From IMG/VR virus record IMGVR_UViG_3300046008_000478, positions 1-64,000 of that record: a stretch of 64,000 bases of DNA; one strand, given 5' to 3'. The position numbers were made by a program, and so were the translations under genes. Numbering within the stretch: the first letter of the stretch is position 1; the number at the start of each line of letters is the position of its first letter. The notes below the pieces were generated by a model. The model had not been told where the DNA came from. It saw nothing but the letters and a program-made list of their open reading frames with translations, and did no database searches. Source of the DNA: a virus. Of this stretch, positions 9,378-18,156 are shown piece after piece.

Positions 9378-9600
9378 GATGTGCTTCCTTGATTTCGGTG
9401 TTGATGCGTTGGGTGTCGGAGTCGGTGAGCTTTTTTGCTAACCATGGGGCGGGCCTGCCGCGGCGGTCGCAGACGGTGAAGTCGATGTCGGTGTAGCCGT
9501 AGCAGTCCCAGTCGGAATCTGCGCGCGGGCCCATGGGTTTTTGAATGTGGAAGCGGTCCACCTGGATACGGCATGGGATGCCGGCCACGGTGCTTTCCAT
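9361..9600 (-). CDS. Conserved phage hypothetical protein
   Basis: VAGIPC...SDWDCYGY...DRRGRPAPWLAKK. Confidence 0.6.
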   Translation of the reverse strand: MESTVAGIPCRIQVDRFHIQKPMGPRADSDWDCYGYTDIDFTVCDRRGRPAPWLAKKLTDSDTQRINTEIKEAHHDRNH

Positions 9601-9691
9601 TACGGCCGCCAGAAGGTGAGGTCCAACCACAGAATGCAAACAGCCGTCATGTAGACGGCTGCAAGGGCGAGGTTGATGAGTCGGTGTTTAA

Positions 9692-9937
9692 TCATGGAAT
9701 CTCCGGGTTGAGTTGGCGGTCATGGCGCTCCAGGATGTCTTTGATGTAGCCCAGGGTGCAGGCGTCAACCACCTTGCCCTGCAGGTGCGCAAGAACCCCT
9801 GTGCACGTTGCGTAGCACAAGCGCCACAGCTTGCGTTCGTGCGGTCGGTGGATGGTGGCTTCGATGTCGCCAAGCGGGCCGCGCACAACAGCCCAGGACC
9901 CGATGGGGATGGGTTCGTAGGTGATCATTTTTTGCAC
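9692..9937 (-). CDS. Hypothetical protein
   Basis: Coupled ORF in early operon. Confidence 0.45.
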   Translation of the reverse strand: MQKMITYEPIPIGSWAVVRGPLGDIEATIHRPHERKLWRLCYATCTGVLAHLQGKVVDACTLGYIKDILERHDRQLNPEIP

Positions 9938-10131
9938 TCCCAGGCTGGATCAAACTGGAATGCGACATCCAGCCAAAGCCCGCCCTCAACCTGGTTCTTG
10001 AAGGTTTGCGCCGTTCCGATTCCATGCTTCTTCAGAAGGCCAATGGTCTGCTCTGTGCGTGGAATGTAGAGGTCTGAGCAGTGGTTGGAATACGGAATTT
10101 TTAGGGATACGACTTCTTCAAATAGCGTCAT
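9925..10131 (-). CDS. Conserved phage hypothetical protein
   Basis: NHCSDLY...F.NQVEG.LWLDVAF.FDPAW; GGAGG RBS. Confidence 0.55.
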   Translation of the reverse strand: MTLFEEVVSLKIPYSNHCSDLYIPRTEQTIGLLKKHGIGTAQTFKNQVEGGLWLDVAFQFDPAWECKK

Positions 10132-10132
10132 T

Positions 10133-10333
10133 TCATTCCTCCAAGGGTGGGAAAACTTCAAGGTTGCGCGTCTCAAACCCGAGCTGGCGAATGATGCGGA
10201 TGGATTCGAGCTGCTGGGCCTGTTCGGTACTTTGCGCATCCAGCAGCGGGTAGAACACTTTTCGCTCAAAGATCCCAATGGATCCGGATGGCCGGACCTG
10301 GGCAACGACGGTGGCTGATGTGAGGTAAGTCAT
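10133..10333 (-). CDS. Hypothetical protein
   Basis: ATGA-coupled ORF. Confidence 0.5.
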   Translation of the reverse strand: MTYLTSATVVAQVRPSGSIGIFERKVFYPLLDAQSTEQAQQLESIRIIRQLGFETRNLEVFPPLEE

Positions 10334-10737
10334 GCTGGCTCCACTTGTTTTGGCTGGATCTCCCACTTGGCTGCGTCGTAGCCAGGGAGGCGGCGGATGG
10401 CGGCGGCTTCAATCGAGTCCAGGATGCACTTGGCTTCGCTGGCCTCCCAGCCGTCGTGCTCGCAGGATTGGTAGGCCAGGCAGTGACAAGCCTTGATCAC
10501 CTCAATCGGCAGCAGGTTGGTGGCAAATGCGTCATAGACGATGGCCTGCTCCGTGGTTTCGTTGTAGCGGTGGTTGACCGACTTGATGTTTTCATCCAAC
10601 AGGAGCTGGGCAATGCGCTGCTCATTTCCAGCAACACCGACGCCGTCCGCGTTGCGGCGGTAGTAGCGCAGGTTGTCGCGGCAGGCCCAGCGGACCAGGG
10701 CGCTGATGTGGTTGTCATTGACTATGAATGCAGACAT
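10330..10737 (-). CDS. Conserved phage hypothetical protein
   Basis: MSAFIV..HI...ENIKSVNHRY...KACHCL.YQSCE...LPGYD.A.W. Confidence 0.7.
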   Translation of the reverse strand: MSAFIVNDNHISALVRWACRDNLRYYRRNADGVGVAGNEQRIAQLLLDENIKSVNHRYNETTEQAIVYDAFATNLLPIEVIKACHCLAYQSCEHDGWEASEAKCILDSIEAAAIRRLPGYDAAKWEIQPKQVEPA

Positions 10738-10754
10738 GGGAGCCTTTCAGTCGT

Positions 10755-10773
10755 AAAAAAAGCGCCGAAGCGC
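10755..10773 (-). terminator. Short intrinsic terminator
   Basis: Minus strand GCGC-TTCG-GCGC-T7. Confidence 0.5.
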
Positions 10774-10800
10774 GAATGGGTGCTGGTGACGTTGTTGATG

Positions 10801-10995
10801 TCACTCCAGCTTGTAGTTCCATGTTGCTGGCTGCTGCTTATTCCATTTTTCAAGTGTTGCTGCGACGGCCTTGTCCAGAGTTCTTTGCGGAAACCCATCG
10901 GGATCTCCAAATGCCCAGTGCTGGGCTGCGGTGAACTCACTTACGCCGGAGTTTCCGGTCTCAAGGTTGGTCCATTTGTATTTTGGGAGTGGCAT
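10801..10995 (-). CDS. Hypothetical protein
   Basis: ATG at 10995 with TAAGGA RBS. Confidence 0.5.
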   Translation of the reverse strand: MPLPKYKWTNLETGNSGVSEFTAAQHWAFGDPDGFPQRTLDKAVAATLEKWNKQQPATWNYKLE

Positions 10996-11278
10996 TGTTT
11001 TCCTTATTGAGGCTGCTTGCAACAAAGCTTGCATAGGTGCGGATCCTGGAGCGCTGGTCGGCGTAGCGGTGGCGCCACTCCGGCTCAATGCCCTTAGCTC
11101 GCAAGGCGTCGTACAGCTTGGCCATGTCGCAGTCTTCTTCGAGGTAGACGAAGTCCCCGCGCTGGTAGCTGTAGCTGGAGATGGTTTGCTCGATGTTGAG
11201 CTCGGCCAGCAGCTTGCGTGGGACCTTGGCCCAGCCATGGCCCGGGTCGACGTGGAACGGGAAGGTGCGGGTTTTCAT
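10961..11278 (-). CDS. Conserved phage hypothetical protein
   Basis: DPGHGW...ISSYSY...YLEEDCD. Confidence 0.7.
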   Translation of the reverse strand: MKTRTFPFHVDPGHGWAKVPRKLLAELNIEQTISSYSYQRGDFVYLEEDCDMAKLYDALRAKGIEPEWRHRYADQRSRIRTYASFVASSLNKENNATPKIQMDQP

Positions 11279-11511
11279 TGGAGCTCCTCATGGCAATCGC
11301 CACAGTGGGTAAATTCGTGTTCGTCAATGTCAAAGACGGGGTGGATGGGGTTGCCTTCGTGGTCTTTTGCCCCAACGACAATGCCGTGAGAGTCGCAAAA
11401 GTCAGGCCGCTCATCCTGAATAAATTGCGGAAGGATGTGTTTACCAAACCGCTTGTAGGTGCAGTGTGAGCAGTGAACGTCTGCCTCAAAGGTGTAGGCA
11501 ATGATTCTCAT
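11275..11511 (-). CDS. Small Zn-binding hypothetical protein
   Basis: HCSHC...HCGDC. Confidence 0.55.
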   Translation of the reverse strand: MRIIAYTFEADVHCSHCTYKRFGKHILPQFIQDERPDFCDSHGIVVGAKDHEGNPIHPVFDIDEHEFTHCGDCHEELQ

Positions 11512-11669
11512 GCTGCCACCACCGTAGCCCCGACGATGCGGCCAGCCCGCTCTGTTGCGTCTGCAAGAGTGAACAAGGTGGCGCCACTGCGCTGACCCAT
11601 GCCACCGAAGTAGCCGCGCCGGGCGCTGAAGTAGCGGCTGCCAATTGCGATTAGGTACATATCAGTTCC

Positions 11670-11990
11670 TTATGGCTTTGTTTTGCCGGTGGATATCACT
11701 GCATTGAAATGATCGATGCCAACGCGATCGGCGCAGGCTTGCACCTGAGCGATGGCTAAGGCCTTGGCCTCGCGCTGCGTGAAGCCTTTGGAGCTAACAC
11801 GCACACCCCGGTAGAGGCCGTAAATGTGGCAGACCCGGGACCCGCTGATGGGATCGCTAACCTGCCACCCAGCCAAGAGCTTGTGCAGCGCCAGGTTGTG
11901 ACGCTTGCTTCCTACTTGGACCCGAATGGGGGTGTATGAGACGGATACCGGAGGGTCGCCGTTTTTGAATGCGATGTCGAAAGTCTTCAT
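11670..11990 (-). CDS. Hypothetical protein
   Basis: GGAGG RBS, operon context. Confidence 0.5.
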   Translation of the reverse strand: MKTFDIAFKNGDPPVSVSYTPIRVQVGSKRHNLALHKLLAGWQVSDPISGSRVCHIYGLYRGVRVSSKGFTQREAKALAIAQVQACADRVGIDHFNAVISTGKTKP

Positions 11991-12148
11991 GCCGTCCTCC
12001 AGGCAGCGCAGCATCGCTGGCTGATGTAATAGTGAGCACTTGGGTCTGACAAGCGGTATTCCTTGACCATGGCCCTGGCCTCTTTGGGGGTGGAAAACTC
12101 GTCAACCGTCTCCAGGTAACCGTTGCCCTTGCGTTGGATGTATCGCAT
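11987..12148 (-). CDS. Conserved small phage protein
   Basis: LETVDEF...EARAMVKEYRLSD...YISQR; AGGAG RBS. Confidence 0.6.
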   Translation of the reverse strand: MRYIQRKGNGYLETVDEFSTPKEARAMVKEYRLSDPSAHYYISQRCCAAWRTA

Positions 12149-12200
12149 ATGAACTCCTATGTAAAACACACTGACAAGGCCGAAGCCTTGGCGGTAGGCT

Positions 12201-12425
12201 CTAGCGATTGCAGAAAGAATCCAGTGCCTTGAGAGCCGATGCAAACTGCACGGCGCCGGTGTAGCTTGGGAAGAAAGACTCTTCGCCGGAGGGCTCCAGC
12301 ACGCCGTACTGCAGCGCAGGGCCACATTGCTTGGCGAACACGATGTAGGGGTAGATGCCGCCAGCGCTGTGCTTTTGAACGCCGGATCCGTCGGCGCAGT
12401 GGCCTTGATAAGTTGCTGAAGTCAC
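12201..12425 (-). CDS. Hypothetical protein
   Basis: GTG start after TAAGGAG. Confidence 0.5.
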   Translation of the reverse strand: MTSATYQGHCADGSGVQKHSAGGIYPYIVFAKQCGPALQYGVLEPSGEESFFPSYTGAVQFASALKALDSFCNR

Positions 12426-12434
12426 AGGATCTCC

Positions 12435-12785
12435 TTAAAGCCCGACCTGGGCGTTGTAATAACTCTCGGGGAAGTCGAAGTACGCTTCGCCGTTGTCGGC
12501 AACGTCATCGATCACGATCTTCTCGGTGGCCAGCAGCTCATCCACCGCGGCGGCGAAGATGATGTTGTCGTAGGGAACTGCTTGGGTGCGGCACTCGCGG
12601 CGCAGGTCCTGGCGGCTTTGGGGGCCACTGGATGCGAGGTGATCCAGGATGCAATCGGTGCAGGAGTAGCCGGAGGAGACGATCTTCCCTTGGCTGTTAA
12701 CCCGCAGGCGGCTGACGTCTTCGCCCTGGGCACTGCGCTGGTCAAGTTCGCGCTGTGCGGCGTCAATGTTGAATTCAAGTGACAT
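12435..12785 (-). CDS. Hypothetical protein, first gene of early operon
   Basis: ACAGGAG RBS; possible C-terminal wHTH. Confidence 0.6.
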   Translation of the reverse strand: MSLEFNIDAAQRELDQRSAQGEDVSRLRVNSQGKIVSSGYSCTDCILDHLASSGPQSRQDLRRECRTQAVPYDNIIFAAAVDELLATEKIVIDDVADNGEAYFDFPESYYNAQVGL

Positions 12786-13152
12786 GTGAATCTCCTGTTA
12801 GTTAGTTGAGCAGCGCACCGACCGGAGGTTGTTATCCCCGCCGGGGTATTCCGTCCATCGCCATACGATGCTCATGTATGCAGGCCGGGGTCGACATACA
12901 TGAGCAGCCTGTTGCCAGGCTGAACCTTGCGACGAATTCCGAGGGCATCACCCTGGCACGTCGCTGTGGATTTATTCCGTTGGTACGGTCTCCACTTTCT
13001 TTCCTGCTGTTTCAGCCGCAGTAGCTGCTTTCCACACCGTCTCTGCCTGTTTTTACGTGGCTTCAAGGGCGCGACCTCATTTGTATTCCGCTGATCATTA
13101 CGGTTCGGCTTTTGGCTGCCTGTCGATTCGGTCGATACCGTTCGATGACTGC

Positions 13153-13182
13153 ATTGTATTCCGAAAGGTAAACAAGTGTCAA
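13153..13182 (-). promoter_or_regulatory. Strong sigma70 early promoter
   Basis: Minus strand TTGACA-18nt-TACAAT, about 360 nt upstream of first early gene. Confidence 0.75.
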
Positions 13183-13352
13183 GTGGTCATGCTAATTTGG
13201 CACTTTCTCCAATGGGAGAGGTATCCGACTGGATCGTAGGGTTATTGCCAATTCAGGGCTAAAACAGGCAATTCCATGGTGCTCCGTCGATTTAATTGAA
13301 ATATTCCGCTTTCTCTTTGATAAATCCGTATACCGTCCAGCATAATTAGTGC

Positions 13353-13874
13353 ATGCAGGAAATAAATCCAGTTGACGTTTGGGACGATGGCTTCGAGCAC
13401 GGTGTGCTGGATGACTACTCCACCCCGCCGTATGCCGAGGTCGCCATGCGCAGGCTGTGGCAGCTGGGCTGGATGTCGGCCAGGAAGATCCAGGCGCTGT
13501 TCGATGGCAAGGTGTCAGAGCACACGCACCAGGTGGCGTTGATTCGATGGGCCAAGGCGGCTGAGCTGTTGCGCCCAGAGCTGAAGCTGCTGTTTGCTGT
13601 GCCCAATGGTGGCATGCGCCACCCGATAGTTGCCGCTCAGCTGAAGGAGGAGGGGGTCAAGGCTGGGGTGCCAGATTTGATTTTGCCGATTCCGCGCTAC
13701 GGGTCCGGAGCCCTGTATATCGAGATGAAGATGCCAAAGGGTCGCGTCAGTCCAGAGCAGGCCATTTGGCTGCAGGACTTGGAAGACAACGGGAATACGT
13801 CGCTTGCCTGCTTCGGTTGGCATGAGGCCAGGCAGGCGGTTAAAGATTATTTAAGCGGAGCTACTGAAGAATGA
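13353..13874 (+). CDS. VRR-NUC domain nuclease
   Basis: SEHTHQ, LFAVPNGG, GVKAGVPDL, LYIEMK...SPEQ. Confidence 0.9.
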   Translation: MQEINPVDVWDDGFEHGVLDDYSTPPYAEVAMRRLWQLGWMSARKIQALFDGKVSEHTHQVALIRWAKAAELLRPELKLLFAVPNGGMRHPIVAAQLKEEGVKAGVPDLILPIPRYGSGALYIEMKMPKGRVSPEQAIWLQDLEDNGNTSLACFGWHEARQAVKDYLSGATEE

Positions 13875-14674
13875 GCTTCATCTTTGCATCTCAAAAATCA
13901 GCAGAGTTATTTACGGCAGCAACCGGGAAAAATTTGTCTGCCGACCAAGCGCTGCTATTGGGGGCAATGCTTTCCGCCAATGGATTTGATTGGACTAGAA
14001 GGCCGCACAACTTCTCTCAGCTTGCTGGGCGCAGGTTCGGAAGGCTGGAAGTTGTTGGTCCATCTGTGGACTACTGCGGAATCGTTAAGTGGCTCTGCAG
14101 GTGCGATTGCGGGGGTTACTCGCAGGTACACGGAGCAAATCTCAAAAGCGGACGCCAATTGTCATGCGGATGCCTTCGCGACGAGGTTAGGCAAATTGTT
14201 GCGGATAGTTCTCGCGTTACAAAAGAGCAAAAGCTTGAGACGCATAGGCGGGCAAATAGGAAATACCGGGTAACCGAGAAGAATCAAATACTGCAGCTCG
14301 AATACCGCCGGAAAAACAGAGACAAAATTTTAGCCAGAAGCCGCCTGCGGCATACGGAAAACCCAGAGGCGGCAAGGTCATCGGTAAGAAACCGCAGAGC
14401 GAGACTCAGAAATGCAGAAGGTAAACACAACCAATTCGACATAAGGATGATTGGCGATGAGCAGGGATGGGTTTGCCCTGGTTGTGATGTTGATATATCG
14501 AATGCGTACCACGCCGATCATGTTGTAGCTCTCGCAAATGGCGGGACAAATTGGCCATCAAACATACAACTCATGTGCGGCGCGTGCAACCTGAGTAAGT
14601 CAACGAAGACACTGGGTGTTTTTATGGCATTGAAGTGGCCAGACCTGTACAAAAACTACAAGGATATTGAATGA
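13871..14674 (+). CDS. Free-standing HNH homing endonuclease
   Basis: GRRFGRL..WLCRCDCG..SCGC domain plus CPGC...HADHVVALANGGTN..NIQLMCGACN.SK; AT-richer than neighbours. Confidence 0.88.
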   Translation: MSFIFASQKSAELFTAATGKNLSADQALLLGAMLSANGFDWTRRPHNFSQLAGRRFGRLEVVGPSVDYCGIVKWLCRCDCGGYSQVHGANLKSGRQLSCGCLRDEVRQIVADSSRVTKEQKLETHRRANRKYRVTEKNQILQLEYRRKNRDKILARSRLRHTENPEAARSSVRNRRARLRNAEGKHNQFDIRMIGDEQGWVCPGCDVDISNAYHADHVVALANGGTNWPSNIQLMCGACNLSKSTKTLGVFMALKWPDLYKNYKDIE

Positions 14675-14916
14675 CTGATTACTCAAAAAATGCAGCGGCT
14701 GATTCTCGCCAGGTGGGCGGGCGTCATTACGCGGACCTTGGAGAATTTCAGCCATGGAATGTGCTTGAGAAGTGGCTGACTCCAGAGGAGTACAGAGGGT
14801 GGATGAAGGGAAATGCCATTGTGTACTTGGCTCGCGAGCGCCAGAAGGGTGGAGATGTAGATATTTCAAAGGCGTCACATCACCTTGAGAAACTGCTGGA
14901 GGTTTTGTCGGCATGA
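14671..14916 (+). CDS. DUF3310-family protein
   Basis: QVGGRHY...GNAIVYLAR..KGG..DISKA.H.LE. Confidence 0.85.
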   Translation: MTDYSKNAAADSRQVGGRHYADLGEFQPWNVLEKWLTPEEYRGWMKGNAIVYLARERQKGGDVDISKASHHLEKLLEVLSA

Positions 14917-15060
14917 AAAAGCAATTCCCAACCGACGCCCAGGCGCTGGCCTTTCTGAATGATTGGCCAGATGGAACTCCAAAGTCGTTTGGGAATGGCT
15001 TCACGCTGCATTGGCATGCCGTACCGGCGCCAGTGGTGCGAGTAAGAAGGGCGCCAAAAG

Positions 15061-15645
15061 ATGAGTGAGCCAATGACCATGGGGGAGCGCTATCTGAGCG
15101 CCACCCAGTCCAGCAACCTGCGCACCGAGGCTGATAGGACGACAGACGCCGATAAGTTATTGGCTGCTGCCTACGCAGTGGCCGGCGACAAGCGGCGCGA
15201 CCTGGCACTGAGGGTGTGGAGATTGAAGGCTGGAGACATGCGCGGCTGCCACCAAGTGGCGGATGACATGGGAGCGATGCTGCGCAAGTCAATGATGGGC
15301 CGCAATGGCGGGTATCTGCGAGGGTTTAAGCCTGGATGCATAGCGTCCATCGAGGCGCGCGACCTGGCGCTGATGGTTTTGAAATGGTGGGCCTACCCAA
15401 CGTGCCCGGCATGCCATGGGCGAGGTGGCCCGCTGATACCAGGCACCCCGGTGCTGGATGAGTCGATGGAGTGCGGCCCTTGCGGTGGCACTGGGCAGGT
15501 TCCGCTGGAGCGGCTGTTCAAGGCCACTGAGGTGGATGCTGCCAAGTGGTTGGTTTCGGAGTTGGAAGGATTGAGCGCTGTGATCTTTGGGGATATGGCG
15601 CGGATCTTGGCTCCACGGATGGATTTGAATTTAACTAAGGAATGA
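15061..15645 (+). CDS. Probable late antitermination protein (Q-like)
   Basis: CPACHGRG...CGPCGGTG zinc finger; position before late region. Confidence 0.65.
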   Translation: MSEPMTMGERYLSATQSSNLRTEADRTTDADKLLAAAYAVAGDKRRDLALRVWRLKAGDMRGCHQVADDMGAMLRKSMMGRNGGYLRGFKPGCIASIEARDLALMVLKWWAYPTCPACHGRGGPLIPGTPVLDESMECGPCGGTGQVPLERLFKATEVDAAKWLVSELEGLSAVIFGDMARILAPRMDLNLTKE

Positions 15646-15646
15646 C

Positions 15647-15946
15647 ATGAGTAGATTTGGTTTATCACGCGAAGAACTTTTGAAAATGCTGGGCGCCTCA
15701 ATTGCCACGGAGCAAGTAAAGCCGCAGGCAGCTGGCCAATCCAGTCAGGAAGCACAACCCCAAGGTGAGTGCGAATGCGAGCAGTGCCAAGCCAATGTGT
15801 TGGACATTGCGCTGGCCGGGGCTTTGGATGAGGCGACTGAAGAGCAACTGATTGGACTGATGTCCAAGGCCTTGATGTTCATGGCCAAGGACGCCGGATG
15901 GACTGAGACAAGCGTTGCAGCCCACGCAATCTGGCTGGAAAGTTAA
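15647..15946 (+). CDS. Hypothetical protein
   Basis: TAAGGA RBS. Confidence 0.55.
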   Translation: MSRFGLSREELLKMLGASIATEQVKPQAAGQSSQEAQPQGECECEQCQANVLDIALAGALDEATEEQLIGLMSKALMFMAKDAGWTETSVAAHAIWLES

Positions 15947-16140
15947 CAGCCCTCATAACTGTCACTGCATGACAGCCACCCAGGGCTAAATGGGTGGGAC
16001 CCTTTAACTGCCGCCGGCGCGGGTATGTAGAGCCGGCACCTCTCTGAAAGCATTGCGTGCAGTGTTTCCAGAGTGGGGCTTTTTCACTTGCTTTTTGTGT
16101 GACTCAAACCCGGAGTATGGCGTTGAAAAATTCCACCGGA

Positions 16141-16552
16141 ACGCAGAGCAAAGCAGGCGTGACTCAGAACACGGTCAAACAACTGAGCGTTTTAAGGCGG
16201 TACTGACGATACAGCTAGGTGTCCCCTGGACCTAAACAGGCGCGTTACCAAAGGCGATATGTAGGTGAGAGCTTCGGCTCCGACCGGGTGAAAGGCCCGG
16301 ACCTTCAAGTATGGATCTGGTGTTGCACAAGTAAAACTGTTGCGGCTGAAGTTCCGGGTCCATTCTTGATGGTGTGCCGAAAGGCTGGGGCGAAGTTATA
16401 TAGCTCGTATCGCGTTTACTGCCCGAGATACCCGTGTAACCCACGACCGAGAGATACGCCGGGCGCAAGTGTGGGGACGCCATCAACCTATCCGCCAGTT
16501 CGCTGGCTACGCAGAAAGGGAACGCGCCTACTGCTTACGGTTTTGCTTGCGT
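16141..16552 (+). ncRNA. Putative large structured ncRNA (~410 nt)
   Basis: Nested long-range helices 16141-54/16540-52, 16238-46/16521-29, 16311-20/16354-63, 16366-75/16477-86; UUCG and GNRA-capped hairpins; no credible ORF. Confidence 0.65.
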
Positions 16553-16572
16553 GACGCCGACCAGAGGTCGGG

Positions 16573-16725
16573 CCATTACATAAGCGGCGGCGTTGAAGGA
16601 AACGCTACCGAGGAAACGAATCCTCTTCAGCGCTGAAGGCGAGGGGTAGGGATTGCAGGGGGCATTGTTTCAGACGCATGCCGCAATGCAAAGCCGGAAT
16701 CAAGCCCGGCCCGCTTATGTGATGG
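16573..16725 (+). ncRNA. tRNA-like structured element
   Basis: 15-bp closing stem, D-like arm GCGTT-GAAGGA-AACGC, T-like arm GCCGG-AATCAAGC-CCGGC. Confidence 0.55.
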
Positions 16726-16987
16726 TGGTTGCGAAAGCATGCGGATTAGTCCAGCCCTGGCCAGGACCCATCTGACATTCGGGAAAGACCGGGGATATCA
16801 AGCGAGCCGCCTGGCTGCTTCGGACATTGGGATCTGATCCCTGGACCGGCTCAGGCGACTAGACGGCTCACTTGATATTTTGGAGTGGATATGAAACTTT
16901 ATTGGCAGTCGCCGCTTTACTTCTGGCGCCCGGGGCTCTACCTGAAGATGGGCAATCGCCGCATTCGTTTATTCGCATGGCATTGAA

Positions 16988-17233
16988 ATGATCACCAAAG
17001 CACCACCACCAGCCACCGAGGTCCACGACCTGAAGCAGCGCATCCACAGCCTGACCATGGCCGCGCGCCAGGCAGAGGCCTCGATTGCAGAGCTCAAGAC
17101 GAATGCCCGCCGCTACATGCATGTGCGCCGCCTGAATGTGCGCCAGTTCTCGGATTTGTACGTCGCCAATCTGAATGGCAAGGGTCCGTTTGATGCGCTG
17201 GTGGATCGTGAAATTACAAAGGCTAGGTCATGA
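16988..17233 (+). CDS. Hypothetical protein
   Basis: Contains NARRY motif; operon context. Confidence 0.55.
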   Translation: MITKAPPPATEVHDLKQRIHSLTMAARQAEASIAELKTNARRYMHVRRLNVRQFSDLYVANLNGKGPFDALVDREITKARS

Positions 17234-17406
17234 GCCGCCTGGATGACATCGTGCGCCAGGCCACAGAGGAGCTTGATGCCCTGGAGTACCGACTGGCAGT
17301 TGATGAGCTCAAGAGGCGCATGCTTGCCAAGCAAGGAAAACCCTGGTGGAGGCGCCTGCTGGCGCGCCTGCCATTCGCAATCACTTTTAACTGGAGAAAA
17401 TCATGA
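17230..17406 (+). CDS. Hypothetical protein
   Basis: Manual translation MSRLDDIVRQ...PWWRRLLARLPF; ATGA-coupled on both sides. Confidence 0.55.
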   Translation: MSRLDDIVRQATEELDALEYRLAVDELKRRMLAKQGKPWWRRLLARLPFAITFNWRKS

Positions 17407-17600
17407 ACGTAACGAAGATCGAGAAAACCCTGACCATCCGTGAGCAAGCCGAAGCCGAGGTCCGCAAGGAGCTGGCCGCCAAGGCGGTGGAGAAGATGAA
17501 GGCCAAGCTGCGCGAGCTGGCGGCGGCCCAGGCGGTGGTGAAGGGTATTGAGCTGCAAATCAACGACCTCGAACAGCAGATCGCTGATGGCACTCTGTAG
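17403..17600 (+). CDS. Coiled-coil hypothetical protein
   Basis: GGAG RBS, strongly biased codons. Confidence 0.65.
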   Translation: MNVTKIEKTLTIREQAEAEVRKELAAKAVEKMKAKLRELAAAQAVVKGIELQINDLEQQIADGTL

Positions 17601-18156
17601 AGATGACAGTCGCCTGCTGAGTCGGCCCCACCGGGTCCACTTTGCGGGCTTCGAGAGCAGCACCTACCGGCTGCAGCAGGCCGGCTGGCAGTTGTCGGCA
17701 GAGCAGTCGCCCCGCGATGGCCGCCTGGGATTGGTCATGCGCCACCAGGGTGCTGGGTGCTACATGATGGCCGATGAGGTGCGATTCAATTTCATGAGCT
17801 CGCTTCGCAGTGAGCAGGAATATGAGCTGGATTTTCAGGTGCGGCGGTGCTCTTCCGACATCACGGTGATCCAATCGAACATGGGTTTCGGTGGATTTGA
17901 ACCGATTGACGCAACCCCACAGTTCGTCACCACTGAGCGCAAGTCAATCAAGGACTTCAACATCTTTGCCTCGCAGCTGGTGCGCACCGAGGAGATCATC
18001 ATCGAGCCCCAGTCCGTGGCCGAGTGTCTGGACCTGATTCGCAAGATGCAGGCGCCCGAGCTGGCCGCCGTGCGCAAGCGCAACCTGGACCGGGACCGCA
18101 TGGATCCGATCAACCAGCAGAATTTTCACGCACAGATTGTGAGTTTGGCAGCATGA
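17587..18156 (+). CDS. Conserved phage hypothetical protein
   Basis: VHFAGFESSTYRLQQAGWQLS. Confidence 0.65.
   Translation: MALCRDDSRLLSRPHRVHFAGFESSTYRLQQAGWQLSAEQSPRDGRLGLVMRHQGAGCYMMADEVRFNFMSSLRSEQEYELDFQVRRCSSDITVIQSNMGFGGFEPIDATPQFVTTERKSIKDFNIFASQLVRTEEIIIEPQSVAECLDLIRKMQAPELAAVRKRNLDRDRMDPINQQNFHAQIVSLAA

Noticed and set aside
16141-16552. RNase P RNA or tmRNA
   Set aside because: No GAGGAAAGUCC-type P4 signature and no GGGG...UCCACCA tmRNA ends visible
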